A stretch of 64,000 nt of DNA from Sminthopsis crassicaudata (taxonomy: Eukaryota). The position numbers and the translations under genes were made by a program. Below, in pieces: positions 37,401 to 50,900 of the stretch. Every line of letters starts with the position of its first letter. Position 1 is the first letter of the stretch. The notes under the pieces were generated by a model that searched no databases, was not told the origin of the DNA, and saw nothing but the letters and a program-made list of their open reading frames with translations. The stretch is from NCBI RefSeq assembly GCF_048593235.1, contig NC_133618.1:508729675-508793674 (forward strand). Reading direction: 5' to 3'.

Positions 37401-40400
37401 CAAAAACTGGAAACTGAGTGGATGTCTATCAGTTAGAGAATGGCTGAATAAATTGTGGTATATGAATGTTATGGAATATTATTCTGTAAGAAATGACCAA
37501 CAGGATGATTTCACAGCGACCTAGAAAGAGACTTACATGAATTGATGCTGAGTGAAATGAGTAGAACCAGGAGATCATTATGCATGGCAAGAACAAGATT
37601 ATATGATGATCAACTTTGATGAATGTGACTCTTCAACAATGAGATGATTCAAACCAGTTCCAATTGTTCAGTAATGAAAACAGTCAGCTACACCAGAGGA
37701 AAAACTATGGGAAATGAGAGTGGACCACAACATGGCATTTCCACTCTTTCTATTATTGTTTGCTTGCATTTTTGTTTCTCTTCTCAGGTTTTTTTCTTTC
37801 TAGATCTGATTTTTCTTGTGCAGCAAGATAACTATATGATTATAAATATATAAAACATATATTGGATTTAACATATACTTTAACATATTTAACATGTATT
37901 GGACTGCCTGCCATCTAGGGGAGAGGGTGAAGGGAAAGAAGGGGAAAGTTGGAACAGAAGGTTTTGTAAAGGTCATTGTTGAAAAGTTACCCTTGCATAT
38001 GTTTTGTAAATAAAAAGCTATAATTATATATATATTTTAAATCACCTACTTCACTTTCCCCTCCAGAGCCCTCTGGGTGCAGGGGCCAGATATGTCGGGA
38101 TAACTGCAAATGGCCCTGGATGCAGTGGGAGACCTTGGCCTTTTTAAGCTCAGGTTTTCAACAGGTCTCAATTTGACTGAGGCCACTTCCATTTAGTGAT
38201 TAAGGCTAGGTGGCAGTTGAGGCAAAGAATCTCCTCTTTCACCCTAGTGCAAAAAAAAGGTATAAATAAATAAACAAGTGAGTAGATCTGGGAGGGGAAG
38301 ACCCTTAGGATTTCTGGCCAAAACAGAAATGATTGCTATTTATATTCAGTCTGAGTCAATCAGAGTCCAAAGATGACCAAATGGGGCTTAGCCTAGGACC
38401 TCTTGGTGGCCAATTAGAATCAGATTGGTTCTGATTTAAAGTCTGTTCTTTTAAGAAAAAAATCTAGACGGTAAACCCCAAAATATCTTGAGAGGTTTCA
38501 GAGGTACAAAAGAGGAAAAAAATGTTTTTCAGAGCACTGTAGGTAAGGGTATGATACCTTTTGTGGGCAGAGGGAGGGAAGGAGTCTTCCAACTGAGTAA
38601 TTCCAATTTGTGGGTCAGCTATATCACAGGCCTTTCCTCCAACTCCAGCATTTCTTATCCATACTCCCTTTGTTCTGGCCATGCCTCTGTTTCTGGCATC
38701 TAGGAACAATTGGCTATAGTGCATATGTATGCGGACCAAATGAGGAGTAGTCAGGATAAAGTAGGAAGCAATTTCCCACTCCGTTCTTTGGCTCAAGTCC
38801 ATGTTTGGAACTTATCCCAGATAAAAGAATCACACTGGAGATTTGGGGAAACTGTCTTATTATATGTCCTAACAGTTTTTCCAAGGAGTGGCTGTGGTAT
38901 TGTAAGATAATCCTAAGAACCTCTCCACCCACTTCCTGCTTTGTAGAAAGAAAGGCTAAAGAAGACTCATCTGTTCACCTCATCCCTGGTATCCAAAATT
39001 GATAGTGGAATGGCCATAGAAAAAGTGGTGCATGTATGGCACAAAACTTTTCTGAATAGACAGCGCCAACAGAAGCTCGGCATACAGAGGAAGAAATTGG
39101 ACCGCAAACTCTTAATGGCTGTGACTCCCTGGGTGGGTGATATCATTATCCCCTGTTGGAGTTCAAAGAAGACTGCTACAGTGCAGACTCGAGGTACCAC
39201 ACAGGGGTAAGGGAACAGGGGGTGGTCAAGGGTTTTCTTCTTTAGGCCTTTTCCAGGGCAAGAGGAATAGATGGAGTTAAATGGTATATATCTTTTGGAT
39301 TGCTGCTTATAGAAATCGGAGGAATAGGTGATTTGATGAGATAACTTTTTAAGAGAATACACATCTTTCTAAGATTCCAAGAATGTTTTAAGAAAATTGA
39401 AATTTTGGAGGGAAACCCCAAAACATAAAAGAAGAAAAAACAAATCAAATTCCTGAGAGAGCAAAGTAATGAGTATGCATGAAATTATATTGTGTGTAGA
39501 ATGTTTATAGGGTTATAGAATTTGGAGCAAGAAAGGGGCCATAGAAAATATCTAGTTCAGCTATTCTCTGAAACCAGAACCTTTTCAGGTTCCATAAGGC
39601 CAAAACTATTTTCATAATAATATTAAGATATTTTCATTTTTAAAACAATAAATATTGATAGACACAACTCACATATACTATAACTTGGGGGAGGGATGAG
39701 CCTCAATAATTTTTAAGAGCGTGAAGGGGTCCTGTGACTGAAAAGTGTTTTATCTTGTTAGATTTAGGGGTTTATATTTCCTTTCCTTAAGTCTGCTTCC
39801 CTGGCTGATTTCAGCTCAGTAAGGAGCTAAAGTTGAAATCTGCAGGAAGTATGAACGACTTGGACAGGTTCACAGTTTGGGAATTTTTGTCTCTTTAAAG
39901 TTTCTGGGCTCTAGCATTACTTCCTCTTGCTCCTAAAGCTGAAACCCCACTTGAACCTCCTGCCTTTTTTCATGAGCCGAGGAGCCCTTCAGGATTGTTA
40001 AAGGAGAGAGTTTTTGTGTCTGCAGTTATTTTTTACCTTGGATTTTTTCCTTTCCACAGCAGAAGCCATCATGACAAAATTGCAGACTATCCATCTGACA
40101 AGTACGCCTGTGTTTACATTGTTTATTCAGGTAAGCAGAAGTTGGCTTTGTTCTGATGAGCTTTTGAAGTTTGCACTACCTCTGTTCTTTAAAGAAGCCG
40201 CTTGTAAAAGTGATCTGATACTAGTTGAAAATATTAGAGGTTTCATCTTGCTATTTAATGTCTCAGTGCAGGATCAACAACTTCTGGATTTCCCAATCCA
40301 CTCTCAAGTTAAAGAGTACTTAAAGCAGACAGGCCTAAGGCATGATCTCAAAAAAGACAAGGGGAAAATAAGAGGAAGGAATGAGATAGAGGTTTGTGGA

Positions 40401-43400
40401 TCTTGTACTAGGGAGATACTGCTGCCAAAAATCATCAGAAGTCATGTCCCTAGAACTCCTGTCCTGTCATAAAAGGGCAAATGAACTTGAAAGCAAAGCT
40501 GAATAATTAAGCCCATCCTTAGAAGTCAGGCATCTAAATCCAAGTTGGATACAGTAGAGCATCTTACAAAATATAGATGCATTCCACCCAAGGACTCCTG
40601 GTGTCTGCAGATTCTCCTCATTATGGATACTTTGTCCTTTCTTGGCTTCCCTAACACTGCTTTCCTTTCCTTCATCTTCCTGCTTGAATACTTTTTGGTT
40701 TGTTTTGCTGAGTCATCCATTATCTTCTGCACCCCTCCCTCCCCCCCAAGCATGTGTATCACTCAGGCTTTTGGCCTTGACCCTCTACTCTCTTCTTTCC
40801 TTATTCTCTCTCAGTACTCTCATCTGTTCCCTTGATTTCATTTATCATCCTATTCAGATGACTCCCAAATCTATATATTCAAACTTAATCTTTGTTCTGG
40901 ACTTCAGTTTCACTTGAAGACATTTCTCCTTGAGTATTTTAGAAATTCAGATTCAACATGTCCCAAAACCAAACTCATCTTCTCCCCAAACCCAGCCTTC
41001 CTCTAAACTTTACTATTCCTGTTGAAAGATCCACTATCCTTTCCCATTATCTAAGTGCATCACCTTGGACTAATCTTCAACTCTTCTTTCTCTGAGGCAG
41101 TATTGTATAGTGCATAGAGTGCTCATGAAGAGTTCAAATCCTACCTCTGACACCAAGCAGCTATATGACCCTGTGAGCTTAATTGATCTTCCTGAATATC
41201 ATCTCTCATCTAGACTCTTCTAATAGCTTCCTAATTGATCTCCTTCAATCCAGTCTCTTTTCTCTGATTCATCCTACATACAACTGTTAAAATTATTTTA
41301 TTGAAGTGCAGTTTTGAATATTAGTCCCTTGTTCAAAAAAGGTGAGTGGTTCCCTGTTATGTCTGGTTAAAATACAGTCTCCCTGGTCTAGATTTTGAGA
41401 TTCTACAGTTTGACTCTAATCTACATTGGTCTCTTAATTTACATTACTCTCCTTCACATATTTATGTTTTAAACATTTAGACTTCTAATTATTTCCCAAA
41501 CTGAACATGCCATCTCCAGCTACTGTTTGCCCATATCATGTTTGGTGCCTGGAGTTCACTCTCTTAGTTTCTCTTCCTGAGAATCCTTATTGTCCCCTGG
41601 GTTCAGTCTAGGTACCATCTCAGGGAAGTCTTCCGAAGCTCCCTATGGCTATTGATGCTCTCTCCGTACTGAAATTACCATGTGTTTCCTCATCTGGATA
41701 TATTTATTTCTTATTCTTCCCCACTACCCTAAATATAAATTCCTTCAGGCAGAATGTGTTTTATTTTTTTCCCTAGCATTTTGTCTTACAAATTGGCACT
41801 TAATTTTTTTTTTGGTATTGAATTTGATTGGGTCACTTTTGTATAAAAATGAAACCAAAATGCAAGACAGGTTTGTTTTTTGCAAAACTCTTTTTAAAAA
41901 TTATTAATTTTTCATTTAATCACCAATTTTTTTTCTCCTCACATTCCAACCCTTTTCAAAAAGAAAAAAACTTGGACAACAAATAAGCATAGTCAAATAA
42001 AACATTCTCTCCCCTAGCCCCTAGTTTAAGATTTGTTTTGCTCATGACTAACTCCTCTTTGAATCTAGTTCCCCTCTTGTTTATATTTACATCAAATTAT
42101 GTATGTGTGTGTTCTAATCCCCTTTGACCACTTTAAATGGAAGGGAGATACAATTGTCAATTGCTGCCCTCACCTCTTATTATTTGTATAGGCTTCTGTT
42201 TGTACACCCTAATAATAGGTGGTCTTTCCCTAGCTTTCTCTCCCCCCTTTCCCCAATATATTTTTCCCTTTTTTTTCTTTATTTGCTTTAAGATCATTAA
42301 GATAAATCAAAACCACTCCCCTATCCTTTAGTCCTTCTCTAATCCCCAGTAGTTTCTCAAGAGATGCTTGCATGACTCCATTCCCCATTAGAATGCAGAC
42401 ACTTCATCCTTATATTCTTATCCAACAGTTCACTGTTTGTGGTTTTCTGGATTCATGTTTCTATTTTGGAGTTTCTACCAACTCTGCTCTTTTTCATCAG
42501 TGATGTTTACATGTTCTTTGTTTCTTTAAAGGATTTTGTTCTCTCTCTGTCCCTCATAGCATTAGGTTCAGTTTGAAGTGGTGAGTTGTTCTTGGGTGTA
42601 GGCCTGCCCTTTGCCTTTTGAAACTTTTACTTCACCCTCTTGTTCTAATATGTCTAGGCAGTTTGTTTTTTTTCATGTTTTTTTTTTTTTTTTTTTTGAA
42701 ACATGCTGTCTAGGCTCTTTGATCATGGCTTTTAGGTAATTCAGTGGTTTTTAAATTCTAGGTCACTTATTTTTTTGTATAAAATAACCTGATGTTTTCT
42801 TCTATTTTTTTTTCAGCCTTTTGACTTTATATCTTTAGTATATTTTAATTTTCAAGTGAGGTTTTGTAGTTCTTTTGCAGCACTGCAAAAGTCTTCCAAT
42901 TCCAATTTTGCTTCCATAGTTATGTTTTTAAAAAAATTTTTTTCCTCTAAAGGTCTTTTTATTTATAATGGATTTTAATTCTTCATTTTATGTTTTTCTT
43001 TGAGTCTTTTAGGTATTTTGGTATTAATTTTTGGAGTTTGTTTCTTGGCCATTCTTCCTGGCATCATTTTTTTTTTCCTTTTTTTGTTGTTGTTAACTCA
43101 TTCTTCCATCCTTTCTTTCCAGATTTGGATTTTGTGTTAAGGCTAAGCTCTTCCAACTTCTGGTGAGAATGGTGTTGCCTTTAATTGACTTGGCCCATCT
43201 TATCTGATGTCCTTTTGGCATCAAAGCAATAGCATTGTGGCTCTCTTCTGTTCCCAAGGCTTGGCTTCAAGATCTCCTTTCTTGGGTTCAAGAGACAGTG
43301 CCTTGGCCATCTTCTGTACCCAAAGTCTGGCTAGAAGCAGCATCTCAGCTCCTGCACCCAGGAGTTAAATTGAGATCTCCATCCCCTCTCTATAATCAGA

Positions 43401-44902
43401 AAGACAGGGTTGAGGGTCTATTTTACTCCCTGAATATGATTCTGTGATCACAGCTTATCCCTCTTCCATGGTGGTCTGCCCTGGTCACTTGCCTGAGATA
43501 AAATTTGTGATGTTATGCTGGAAAGATGATCCTCTAGTTTCTCCATAGATTTCCTGTCATTACTTAGTCTGATATTTCCAGATCTTTGTTGAAAGAGCTG
43601 AGTTACCTGTTTTCTCCTGTTTCATTCTCTTGGTTAGTCTCCCCACTTTTGCAGTACTCTCATGGAACTTGTTTTGTCTCCCTTGAACTTACTTTATATC
43701 CCTGATCCCTTAAGCAATTCAGGAAGATCTGAAACTGAAATGTCCAATCACTGACATCTTATCCATATTGAACATTGTGAGTGTTATATAAACCCTAGCA
43801 GGTATATCATTATCTTTAACCACTTGGCAGGATAGGTTTTGGTAGGCCTCAGTCAGGTCCATAGGTCATAAGAAGAATATCTCTTCCCTTCTTTTAAATA
43901 TTGACTAATCTGATTTGCCTTTAGTTGTTTCAGATTGATACCGATGGCTGTCTTAAGGTGATTGGAGAGAGGAAGACCAAGCAGTCAGAGCTGCTTTTGG
44001 CAATTAGTGGAAAACCACAGCGACCTCAACAGGTAGAGGGGCAGAGAATGGAACATTTGAGTTTTACTTTTTAAAACTTGAAGCTAAGTAATTTCATTAC
44101 ACATCTTACCTGTACTGTCTCTTCAGAATGGCCATGGCTATAACCAGCTGAATGAATCAGGAGGTGGGCTGGGATAGAATGGACCTCAGATGAGTCAGTG
44201 ATACCTCTGGGTATCAATTGCCTTGTTTGTGAAATAGAGAACCTTCCCTTCTTGCCTGCAAGTGGCTGATCCAAGCAGATCGTCTCTTAGGTTTTCTCCC
44301 CAATCTAAATTCTAAGATTTATGAATTCCATTTCATATTAATTGATTAGAAAGCAGAGAGGAGTGTCTAAGGATGGCTATTTGGCACTGGGTGCCTTTGT
44401 GCTATTCTGCTTATCATCCCAGTGAATGTGTTTGTATCTGAGTAGTTCCTAAATGATCATGCTTATCTTCTCATTCTATAACTTGAAAGAATTTTTCTGT
44501 AAGCTGCAAACCTAGAAATACCTTGACAGTTAACATTTTTAATTAGTTTGCATCTCTGTTTTTTCCAGGCATCCTCCAGTTTACAGAAATCTTCAGGTAC
44601 AATTATAGTTCTCCTTGCTTCTGTCATTCACATCTTGCAAAGGAATTTATACAAATAGAGTTTGGGTTTGTCACTGAGCACTATGGTTTAATGATTCCTA
44701 GTATGTGGTCCCTTTCCTGACCTTCTTTCCATCCAGGACAACCAACCTGATGTTGTCTCACATTAGTAGGGTTGTGTTAAGACTACAAGAAGGGTTGGAA
44801 ACAGCAGCTACCTATTCAACATCTACTGAGGTCTCCTCAGCACAGTTTGCTATTCATTACCTCCTGGGCTCCTTCTTTTGACCCAGAGAAGGAAAACTGT
44901 TA

Positions 44903-44941
<39 letters not shown>

Positions 44942-47900
44942 AGCTTTTTATTCTTCAAAACAGTGGGCAATTTTTTATTTTTTTATTCATTTTTCCAAAT
45001 TATCCCCTCCCTCCCTCCACTCCCTCCCCCCGATGACAGGTAATCCCATACATTTTACATGTGTTACAATATTACCTAGATACAATATATGTGTGTAAAT
45101 ACAATTTTCTTGTTGCACATTAATTATTAGCTTCCGAAGGTATAAGTAACCTGGGTAGATAGACAGTAGTGCTAACAATTTACATTCACTTCCCAGTGTT
45201 CCTTCTCTGGGTACAGTTATTTCTGTCCATCATTGATCAACTGGAAGTGAGTTGGATCTTCTCTATGTTGAAGATTTCAGTGGGCAATTTTTTAATATTA
45301 GCCCTTGCAGTTTTCTGTGTTCCAATTTCCCCCCTTTACCTTCCCCTAGATGGCAAGTATTCTAATATATGTTAAATATGGTAGACATATGTGTTAAATC
45401 TGATATATATATATATGTACATATATATATATGCATATTTATACAATTATGCTGCACAAGAAAAAAAAGAGAAGCAAAGTAAAATCAAGCAAATAACAAA
45501 AAGAATGAAAATGCTATGTTGTGTGGGATTAAAGTCCTTTATCAATCCTGATACTGCTTGCTTTAGCAAAATGATAATGGAGTTTGGGTTCCTGCATTAG
45601 CTGTGTTCATCATGAGCGAGCTCACTTTTCCATGATAGTGTTTCACATAATCTCAAACTAATTGGTCTTTGGAATGCTTGATGAGACTGCTTTGTTTTTT
45701 TTTTTTGTTTGTTTGTTTTTTGTTTTTTTGGACTCACACTTGGCTTAGGCTAAGATTAAAGTGATATTCCCCTTTTTGGATCCCCACTGGAGACATGAAG
45801 CCCAAGAAACATGCTGAATTTGCAGGGAAGCCAGTTTAGGAATAAACATTTGGATTGGGTAACATATTTAGAGTTCTAAAAACTAGATAGGCATATTTGA
45901 CTTAGACATCTTCCTTCCTTCCTCTCCTTGTAACCAAAAAAAGGAAAAGGAAAAGAAAAAGAAAACTTTGAACTGATTGTGAGACAACTATGTTTTTTAA
46001 TGTGTCTAGTCCCTAAAGATAATAGGTAATAAGCATCTGCTATGTGTAGCTACCATTAAATCCTTTTCAAGACTTGAATGAAAATTACTCTACATTTTCT
46101 CAGACATGGTCATACACTTGTTAAGATACGGTCCTTTTAAATATATATAGAAGAATTGCATCTGTTTAACATATTGTGCTGCTTGCTGTCTAAGAGAGGG
46201 TATGGGGAAGGAAAGGAGAAAAAATTTGGAGCACAAGGTTTGTAAAGGTGAATGTTGAAAACTATGCATATATTTTGAAAATTAAAAATTAAAAAAAAAG
46301 ATTTGGTCCCTTTCAAATTTGCCCCAATCCAATCCAAGATCTCAAGCTCAACACAGTGTATAAAAAAGCTGCCTTCTCCCATAACTAGACTTTAAAGTCC
46401 TTAAGAGGAAAGAATCTAATCTAGCTTCTATATCTCCCACAGTACCTGATTGGGCCTAAACATACAGTATGTGCATAATTAGTACTTGTTGAATAAAGAT
46501 TGTAGAGGTTCTCAGTTTTAAATAAGCAGAGGCTTCTGAGGTTAGATTATGGTTTGTCTGTCCTTGGTCTATATATTCATTCTCTCTCTATTTTTCTCTC
46601 TCAGGAAGCCTCTTGATGAAGGGCAAAGAAACACAAAGGAAATCTACTGTCTCCAAGATGAAAGATTTGCCAGAGGCTGCCCAGCCAGGGCCAGTGGTAT
46701 TACCAGCTTCTTTAGGCCCCAAACCAAAGCCCAAGACTGTCTCAGAACTCTTGAGGGAGAAACGACTCAGGGAATCCCAAGCCACTAAGGCCTTGGAGAG
46801 TACAGTGATCCTTGCCCCTCAGGTGCTGGTTACCCCACCTGTGATCCTTCAGCAATCTCTGCAGCCACTTCTCCCTTCCTCTCTTTCCACGGCCCAGCCA
46901 CTGGGATCAGGGTCAGCTGGGAAACCAGTTGCTGTGACTTCAAGCCCAGCACCCACATTCCAAACACCTTCCCCTATCATAACTTCTACCAAGTCCCCTG
47001 AGAAAAATTCTATCACAAATAACTCTGGAGCTTCCCAGGGAAATGAAGTCATTGTAGAAGAGAAAGTAAATAGAACAGAGGGAACCTCTGCCCCCCAAAT
47101 TGGGGTCCTTACTTTAGGCCAATCTTCCTCATTGATGATGGCTGAAGGGCACTCTGCATCTGGAGAGAGCCTGGGGCCCAGAATAGCAACTAATCCAGAC
47201 CGAAGAATAAGCCAGATTTCCACCAGCACAGGGCTAGCTGGTCTCCTGTCTTCCCAAGTCACTACCACTTCAGGGAAACAGGAACTGCCCAAGGTACCTC
47301 CTTTTCTTGCTCCAGCTCAAGTCTCTATGCAGCAGCCCAAACCCATCAGCCTGGTGCCCACTCTTTCAGTTCCTACTTGTGGCCCACAGGTTGTCTCCAG
47401 CAACATTTTGCCTATCACATGGGTAGTTACTACACAAGGGCTTGTCCCTATGTCCATGTCAACCTTTGTAGGCCTCCCTGGATCGGGCAAACCAATTGGA
47501 ACCCCTGTTCTTCCCATCCTGGGGGGAATGGCCAGGAATCAAACCACCCTAAAGCTTTTGCCTTCATCCACAGTCAAGCAGAGCCCTAGGGCCCCTGAAC
47601 CAAGCCTTACTTCAGCTAAAATGCCACTTATTGCCAATAAAACTCTTAAAGAAGACTTGGCTTCAATAGTTGAACCAACCTTTCCAACACATCTTCCCAC
47701 CACAGCTTCATCAGATACAGGAAATCACTCAGAAAAAAGCAGTCTTCCTGGAGATAAATCATCTTCTGAAGACGTGAAGACAGCTGGAGAGAGAACCACA
47801 TCTTCCCCCCAGCCTGAGACCCAGTCCCAGACCAAGAACCCCACAAGTCAGCCAAGGATAGAGCCCAATGGCCGCTGCTCTGCCCCCACCCCAGAAGCCG

Positions 47901-50900
47901 ACAGCCCAGTTGCACTGAATACAGAAGGCCAGGATCCTTTACAGAAAGGCCTTTTACTGGAGACAAAAGACAATCTTCCTGTTGAGAATGGCAATTCTGG
48001 GAAATCATTTCCCACACCAACAGTGACATCTAAGTCCATCACTCAGCAACAAGAAAGGATGACTGCCCAAGACAATCAGCCTAAAACCTTGGAATCTGGG
48101 AAAAGCATTTTGGATCTGAGCCTCCTCTCATTGGAGAATGAAGCTTCTGTAAGGGAGTGGCTCAAAGGGAAGCAAGGTGTCTGCTTGCCCCCACTTCAGA
48201 GCACATTGCCCTACCTGCCTCCGTTTTTGTGCAATCTAAAGACCCTGTCAGGACTTCTGCTTCAAAAGAAATCCCTGGAGCAGAGAGCAGCTACCATAGT
48301 GGCACAGGAAAGAGTCCAGGACAAGAATGATGTGTCTATACAAGATGTTCAGGCAGTTCGGCACCTGGTGCAACAGCAACTTAAGGAGAACCCTGCATAC
48401 CTCCTCCTTAAAGCCAGATTTTTGTCAGCTTTTGCTGTCCCAGCTTTTCTTGCCACTTTTCCCCCACCTAGGGTCTCAACCACCCTTTCAAGGACCATGG
48501 ACAGAAACAGTGGAAGTGAGGAGGAAAAGGAGCAGGAGAAAGAGTGCTCTCAATTAGAGAACAGGCCCAAAGACAGGGATTGTGGTGGAAATGAACAGCT
48601 GGTAAACATACTTAGAGATACCCAGTCCATCCCAGAGGCCATGTCCTCTAGCCAGGTAAGCTCAATAACTGGACAGGAAAAATGCTTCAGGGAGTTCTAC
48701 TGTCATGGGAAAAGAGGAAGAGAAGGGATTCTGCTTTTTTAAGCCTTAGTGGGTTCCCATCTGCCACTCTGATAATCCTGTTAGATGAAGAAGGGAAGGA
48801 ATATTTTCCCAGTGTTTTTGTCTGGTTTTGTTTCCTTTCTATACAGACCAGATCTCAGCTATGACCCAGAGCTATTAAGGAGTGACTGGGAATGGGAAAC
48901 AGTCTTGTTTGAATACTGTCTTCATTTAGCATCTGTCTGTGATTTCATTTTTTTTGTTGTTGTTGTTGAAGAAGCAGCAGCCTGTTCCAAACCCACCTAC
49001 ATTTGTACAGGCATTGCCTCCAGAATTGAGCTAGGATTTAAAGATGAGTGAGTGTTTTCCACCTGTGCAGAACAAAAAGCCTCATTAAGGTCTTTGACAA
49101 TCAGTGCTAGTTTTGGTCTACTAAAAAAATCTTTTAGAGAAAGGACTTTTTTTTCCATCTGAAGTAGAAACACAGTATAGAAATTGAAGATTTCCTCCCA
49201 TAAATCTTTGTTCTTAACGTTTGAATTATTTCTCTAGCAACGGTAGAGCCATTTTTTTTCCTTTTTTCTTTCTTTGATTTAAATGTATTATTTATTTTGA
49301 TTTCTCTATTAAATAATTATTTAGGAAACATTAATGCTGGATTTAGAAGTGAAGAGCTGTGTCCAACTCCTAGATCTGTTACTTTTAGCTCCTCTACTTT
49401 ATTCCATTCTTTGATTAAAAGTTGACTCTTTTGCCAAGGCCATCCCCTCTACTTGTACTTGTAATTTCATCCCTTCTGTCGACTTCAGCAGATTGCCCCT
49501 GGGATTATCCTCTCTATCTTTCTATTTACTCTCTCCTTGTCTGCTGGCTTCTTCCCTGCTGCTACCCATAAAAATGTTTAGGTTTGCCATTTAAAAAAAA
49601 CAAAACCAAATAACATCTCTTATCTTGATTCTATCCTATATATATCTCCTCATTACAGCCAGGTGTTTGCAAAAAGTTGTCCATGTTCCTGGCCTACTTT
49701 TCTTTTCCCTCTCTTCTCAACCCCTTGAATTCTGTGTGATCTCATTACTAAACTGTTCTCTCAGTCATTACCCTTCCTGAAATCTCTGCAGTAATTGACA
49801 TGGTTGATCCCCCCTCGCCTCTTGAATACTTTCACCCCTCTTAGTTTTGTTTCTCCTTCCTGTCTGGATATCTTAGTCTCTTTTTTCTGGATCATCATCT
49901 ACATCCTATGTCCTTACTGAATATCTCTGTCTTAGAACCTTTTCTATTCCTGTCTTAGTGATCTCCTTGGCTCCCAGGAGTTCCATTATCATTTCTGTAT
50001 AGATGACTCTCAAATGTATATACTATCCCTATTGTATTTAATAAATGCTTGTTGAATAACTTATTGTGTAAACATAATACACAAATATAATAAAGATATA
50101 TAGAATCACAAAACAAACCAATTATATTGAACAAAAAAATTAATAGACACCAAATTCAGAATCCTTGCTCCAAGATAATCTTTTAAGGTCTTTCCTAGCT
50201 CCTACAATCTTTAACTATCAACTGACAGTTGTAGTCATTTGTTCAAGTTAGTTTCCCTTTTTCCTTTGGTTACTCCCTGTCAGTAGGAGGTAGTATGCTT
50301 AAACTTCATGTGTGTAGATTGCATGACTTGTGTTTTGATAGGGAAAAGGGGTACTAGTGGGGCAATTTAATGGTGTAATGAGTATTAGATTGACAATGAA
50401 GAGACTTGACCAGCCATCATTAGCTCACTTGGTGATCTTGAGCACACCATGATGTCTTTCTTTTCTAACTGGAAAATAAAGGGGTTAGACTAAATTATCA
50501 CTTAGGTTCCTTTCAATTATAATTTCTGTTAGTTTTTTTTAATGTAATTCTTGCTCTCCAAGCACAGTGTCTTACTTATTCATTAATACCTTCAGATGAC
50601 TTGTGTTTTTCCAATATCTAGTCCTGATTTATCGCTGATATTTAGCTGGAATTCTGTGTTTGTAATTCTAGTTTTCCCCTTGAGATTAAACATATCTTCC
50701 TGGTTCTCATCTCCAGAGTAACTTTTCCCTGAGGTAGTTGGTTTTGGAAATGAAATTCTAGAAACCTCCTCCCTTAGCATTCTCCTAGGTGGCCAGAGGA
50801 GAAGAAGCTCATTGTCCTATGTTATTCACCCAAGCTGTAGTTTAGTGGCCTTATACTCTCTCAGGACTGTTGTGTAAGGAGAGGCCAGGATCAAAAACTT

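Noticed and set aside
46849-48042. Minus-strand ORFs of 147, 66, 127 and 64 aa
   Set aside because: Antisense shadows of the large SNAPC4 exon; no recognisable protein, splice context or promoter.
48656-48742. ORF read-through past the exon 21 donor giving an alternative C-terminus
   Set aside because: A strong CAG/GTAAGC donor and a homologous downstream exon explain the gene; no nearby canonical poly(A) signal supports a composite terminal exon.
50730-50743. let-7-like sequence TGAGGTAGTTGGTT on the sense strand of a SNAPC4 intron
   Set aside because: Matches let-7a at 13 of the first 14 nt, but the rest diverges and the flanks give only a short, bulged ~10-bp stem, not a ~60-70 nt pre-miRNA hairpin; consistent with chance.
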